Shown here: piece after piece, positions 61,035-64,000 of the stretch
Layout of the letters: each line of letters opens with the position of its first letter
How positions within the stretch are numbered: the first letter of the stretch is position 1
Source: Azolla caroliniana
Taxonomy: Eukaryota; Plantae; Polypodiophyta
Direction: 5' to 3'
DNA: 64,000 nt
Assembly: GCA_043228905.1 (NCBI GenBank)
Contig: JBHGNT010000004.1
Span: 372,001-436,000 of the forward strand
Translations under genes and position numbers: made by a program
Notes under the pieces: model-generated
Told to the model about the DNA's origin: nothing
Database searches by the model: none
The model's input: only the letters and a program-made list of their open reading frames with translations

Positions 61035-64000
61035 TGTTGCGGAATTCCGTGAGTACGTGTAGGATCCAAGGCGGGACCACGGGGGTCTTAGACTAGGGAG
61101 TAGAGGGTACCGGGAGACTAACTCCCTCCGTGACCGACCGCACCAGAGTAGCACAAAATCGGAATGTTACCGGTTTGGGTACAGGAGGCTACTGAATGGA
61201 AAAGAGGGCGAGATGGATAGAGAGAGAGAGAGAGCACGCACGCACACAACACCGGCCTAACTTACGCCCTTATGTAGAGAGAAACGAAAGAAAGAGAACA
61301 CTAAAGACACCCACACAAACACCGAACACCGAACCTTCCACATGTAAATTTACAAGAACAAGATACAATACCGGCTTCGAGCCGGACCTAGGAAGCTCAG
61401 GATACAACAGTTGTCTACTGCCAAGCCGTCGGTCGGGGAGCTCTCGCGCTCGTCGCGCCGAGCGAGGTCTGGCACAGGAGACAAGGCCGGAACAGAACCG
61501 CTAGATGCCAGGACTCACTCGCACAAGACAATGAAGAAGAAGAAGAACTAGATGAAACCCTAGGCAAAATAAATAAATAAAGAGAAATAAAACTTACTTC
61601 GAACCTAACGGTATACCCTCCTAACACAAAATGCGCAACCCCTTTACAAAGGGCGCTCCATTCCTTTTATAGAACAAGGAGAGGGATGCGTAACAACGTG
61701 GGATAAATCCCTTATTACATGGGATCCTTTGTCCCAAATTAACTAATGTCCGGTGCCATAATGGCGCCCCTATCATTTACACAATTTGTACAAGGGTGAG
61801 TGCACATGATGCACCCCACTGATTCTTCCGATATTCCCTGATTTCTCAGTATGGCTCGGAATCTTCACAACATCCGCCCCCACCAAACCGCACGTCCACC
61901 GGTACGTGCCAAGTTCGGAGAAGGGTGAGAGATTCCGGCCGGTGAGGAACCGGTCTTCCGTAATCCGCATTCCGGCTATGTGTTAGCCTCGCCGGTCCGA
62001 CTCATCGGCTCTGGTTCATTCTCTGCGTTTGCCTCCCCATAGGCTTGTTCGACCCGTCGATAGGTCATTCGCCGTGATCCCGTAGTGCGCGTGCTTCCCG
62101 TTGGCCCTTCTTTCGACCACATGCACACTTCCCGTCCCTTCCGATACACGGTGTCCTCCGTCCGAGGAGCACCCGTGATGGCCCTCTTGGCCTCTATCGA
62201 CCTTCGCGTCGTCCCGGTTCTCGTTCTGCAGTGATCTCCACCGCCTTCGTCCCCTTTCCGCCTCCTACCTTCTCCTTGGTCTTACGTTGCCACTACGGCC
62301 GAACTACCAAGATCTCCGAAACCAGAGTGGAGGTTCCCTCTCTAGCCTTCTGTGCGAGATCACCTGAACCGGCAACCCGTCTTTGCGCCTATATTCCCGC
62401 TCTGGCACCTCCGTGTGCCGCGCACCCCCCTTCTCGTGTTCGGCTCTGCCCGTGCCGAACTCTTGTTACTTCCCATGCTCACGTCGTCGGCCCTCGCCCG
62501 ACCAGATCGTGCATCGCCGCTTCTCCGCATACTGGTGTCCTCCGCGTCTGAGGAACACCCCGTAGTAGCCCACTTGGCCACTTTCTTCTTGCGCTGCTAC
62601 CACCGGTTTGCAACCTTCCGCTTGGCGTCGTCCCCTCGCCCCCACCAGCTTGTTACCTCGGGTTCGGCTTACCACGCCAGTCGTTGCCACTCCGACTGGG
62701 CCGCCTAGATCTCCGAAGCGGGTGTGGAGGATCATTCTCCGGCCCTTGATCCTGTTTCCGGTCTCCAATCCGCGTAGTTTGTTACGCGCCCGTGCTCTCG
62801 TTCCCGACACCTCCGTGTGCCGTCTTCCGCCTTCCTTGTTCAGCACCGCCTGTGCCGAACACCGTCCCCTACTCGTGCTTCGCTTTGGCCCTTGATGGCC
62901 ACTCGCACGTCTTCCGATCCGCTCTCGGGTGTGCCCTTTTCGGCTCGGCCCACCGCTCCTTGACCGGGTGTCCCCAACAGCTTACCGGAAGATCACCCTT
63001 GTCGTATTCTGGCCTGCATGGCCTCCTTTGTTCGCGTGACACCTCGGTTATTCGGTGCTTCTGCTGTTGCCGCCTTCGTCCCCTTGCCGCCACCTTCCAT
63101 TACCCTTGGTCTCACGTTGCCACGTCGGCCGAACTGCGAGGGTCTCCCGACAAGTGTGAAGGATCCTTCTTGGGCCTCCGATTTGTTGGGTCACCGACTC
63201 GTGTACCGAGCGTGTTCAATCTTTGTCTTGCCATCTCTACCGGTCTGGTTCGTATCCGGTTCGTGGTCGCGTCGCCGGCCTGATACCTCTTTCCACTCTT
63301 TCGGCTCTTGCTTTGTCGGATCCCGTTCACCTGCCACCTCCGCCCTTCTCTCTAGGTCTCACGTTGGCTCTTGGGCGAACTGGTAGAGTCTCTGGATCAG
63401 TGTGAGGATCGCCGTAGGATCGCCCATCCGCACTTCCCGCATCGCCGGTTCCCGTTTCCTGTCACCACCATCCTTCTCACTCGGTCTCACATTGCCATGT
63501 CGGCTTGAACTGCCGGTGTCTCCGGATCAGTGTGAGGACCCCAGAGGACCGTCTTCCGCACTTCTATGCCATATCTTGGGATCCCGTTCACCCGCTGCCA
63601 CCATCCATCTCTCTAGGTCTCACGCCGGCTCTCGGGCCGACCGTCGGAGTCTCCGGATCGGTGTGAGGATCGTCGTTGGATCGACCCATCGCTTCCTTTG
63701 CCCTCGTCCCCTTTCAGCCACCATCAGTCTCTTGGTCTTACGTCGGCCCCGTTCCCGACCACCGAAGTCTCTAGATCTGGTGTGAAGGATCCTCCTCGGG
63801 CCCTTAATTTGTCTTCCCAACCCTGTCCTGGGCCGTCCTTCTCCGCATGCCGAGAGGGTGGCTCGCTCCACACCACCTCCCGTGGTACCAATGTACCGTG
63901 TTCCCGGCCTCCCTATAGGCTTGTTTCTTCTTCCCTTCGAGATCGGTTATCCGGAAGTCCGCTTCGCCTGGTTCTCGTCCGGGTCCGTCCGTCACTCCAC
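61035..64000 (-). mobile_element. 3' end of a gypsy element: LTR 61035-61872, PPT, GC-rich degenerate internal region running off the window
   Basis: TGTTG...CAACA; PPT TCCGCCCCCACC (61873-61884) identical to that at 32591; internal GGTCTCAC...GTGTGAGGATC repeats. Confidence 0.8.

Overview
Eukaryotic, AT-rich, repeat-dense land-plant DNA; a fern or other non-seed plant is my inference from the element types, not something the sequence proves. The only clear host gene is a 4-exon PLATZ zinc-binding transcription factor (minus, 7963-10040) with a GA/GT-microsatellite upstream region. The segment 11-20 kb holds MITEs, a foldback element and a young 486-bp duplication. From about 20.8 kb onward the window is a nested transposon pile. 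It includes several tRNA-Trp-primed, 4-bp-TSD Ty3/gypsy copies (one an odd composite with two outward-facing LTRs), an intact young Ty1/copia, an intact young chromovirus, LINE and copia relics. The main candidate for a new system is a ~10.8-kb (net of nested inserts) putative DNA transposon at about 27854-50701. It combines a Sola1-like DDD transposase, a spliced accessory gene (coiled coil + RING), an FCP1/NIF-like pseudo-phosphatase segment, an array of perfect hairpins behind a divergent promoter, and a 1.6-kb palindromic minisatellite that is exactly one intron. All calls were made by eye; no database searches were run.
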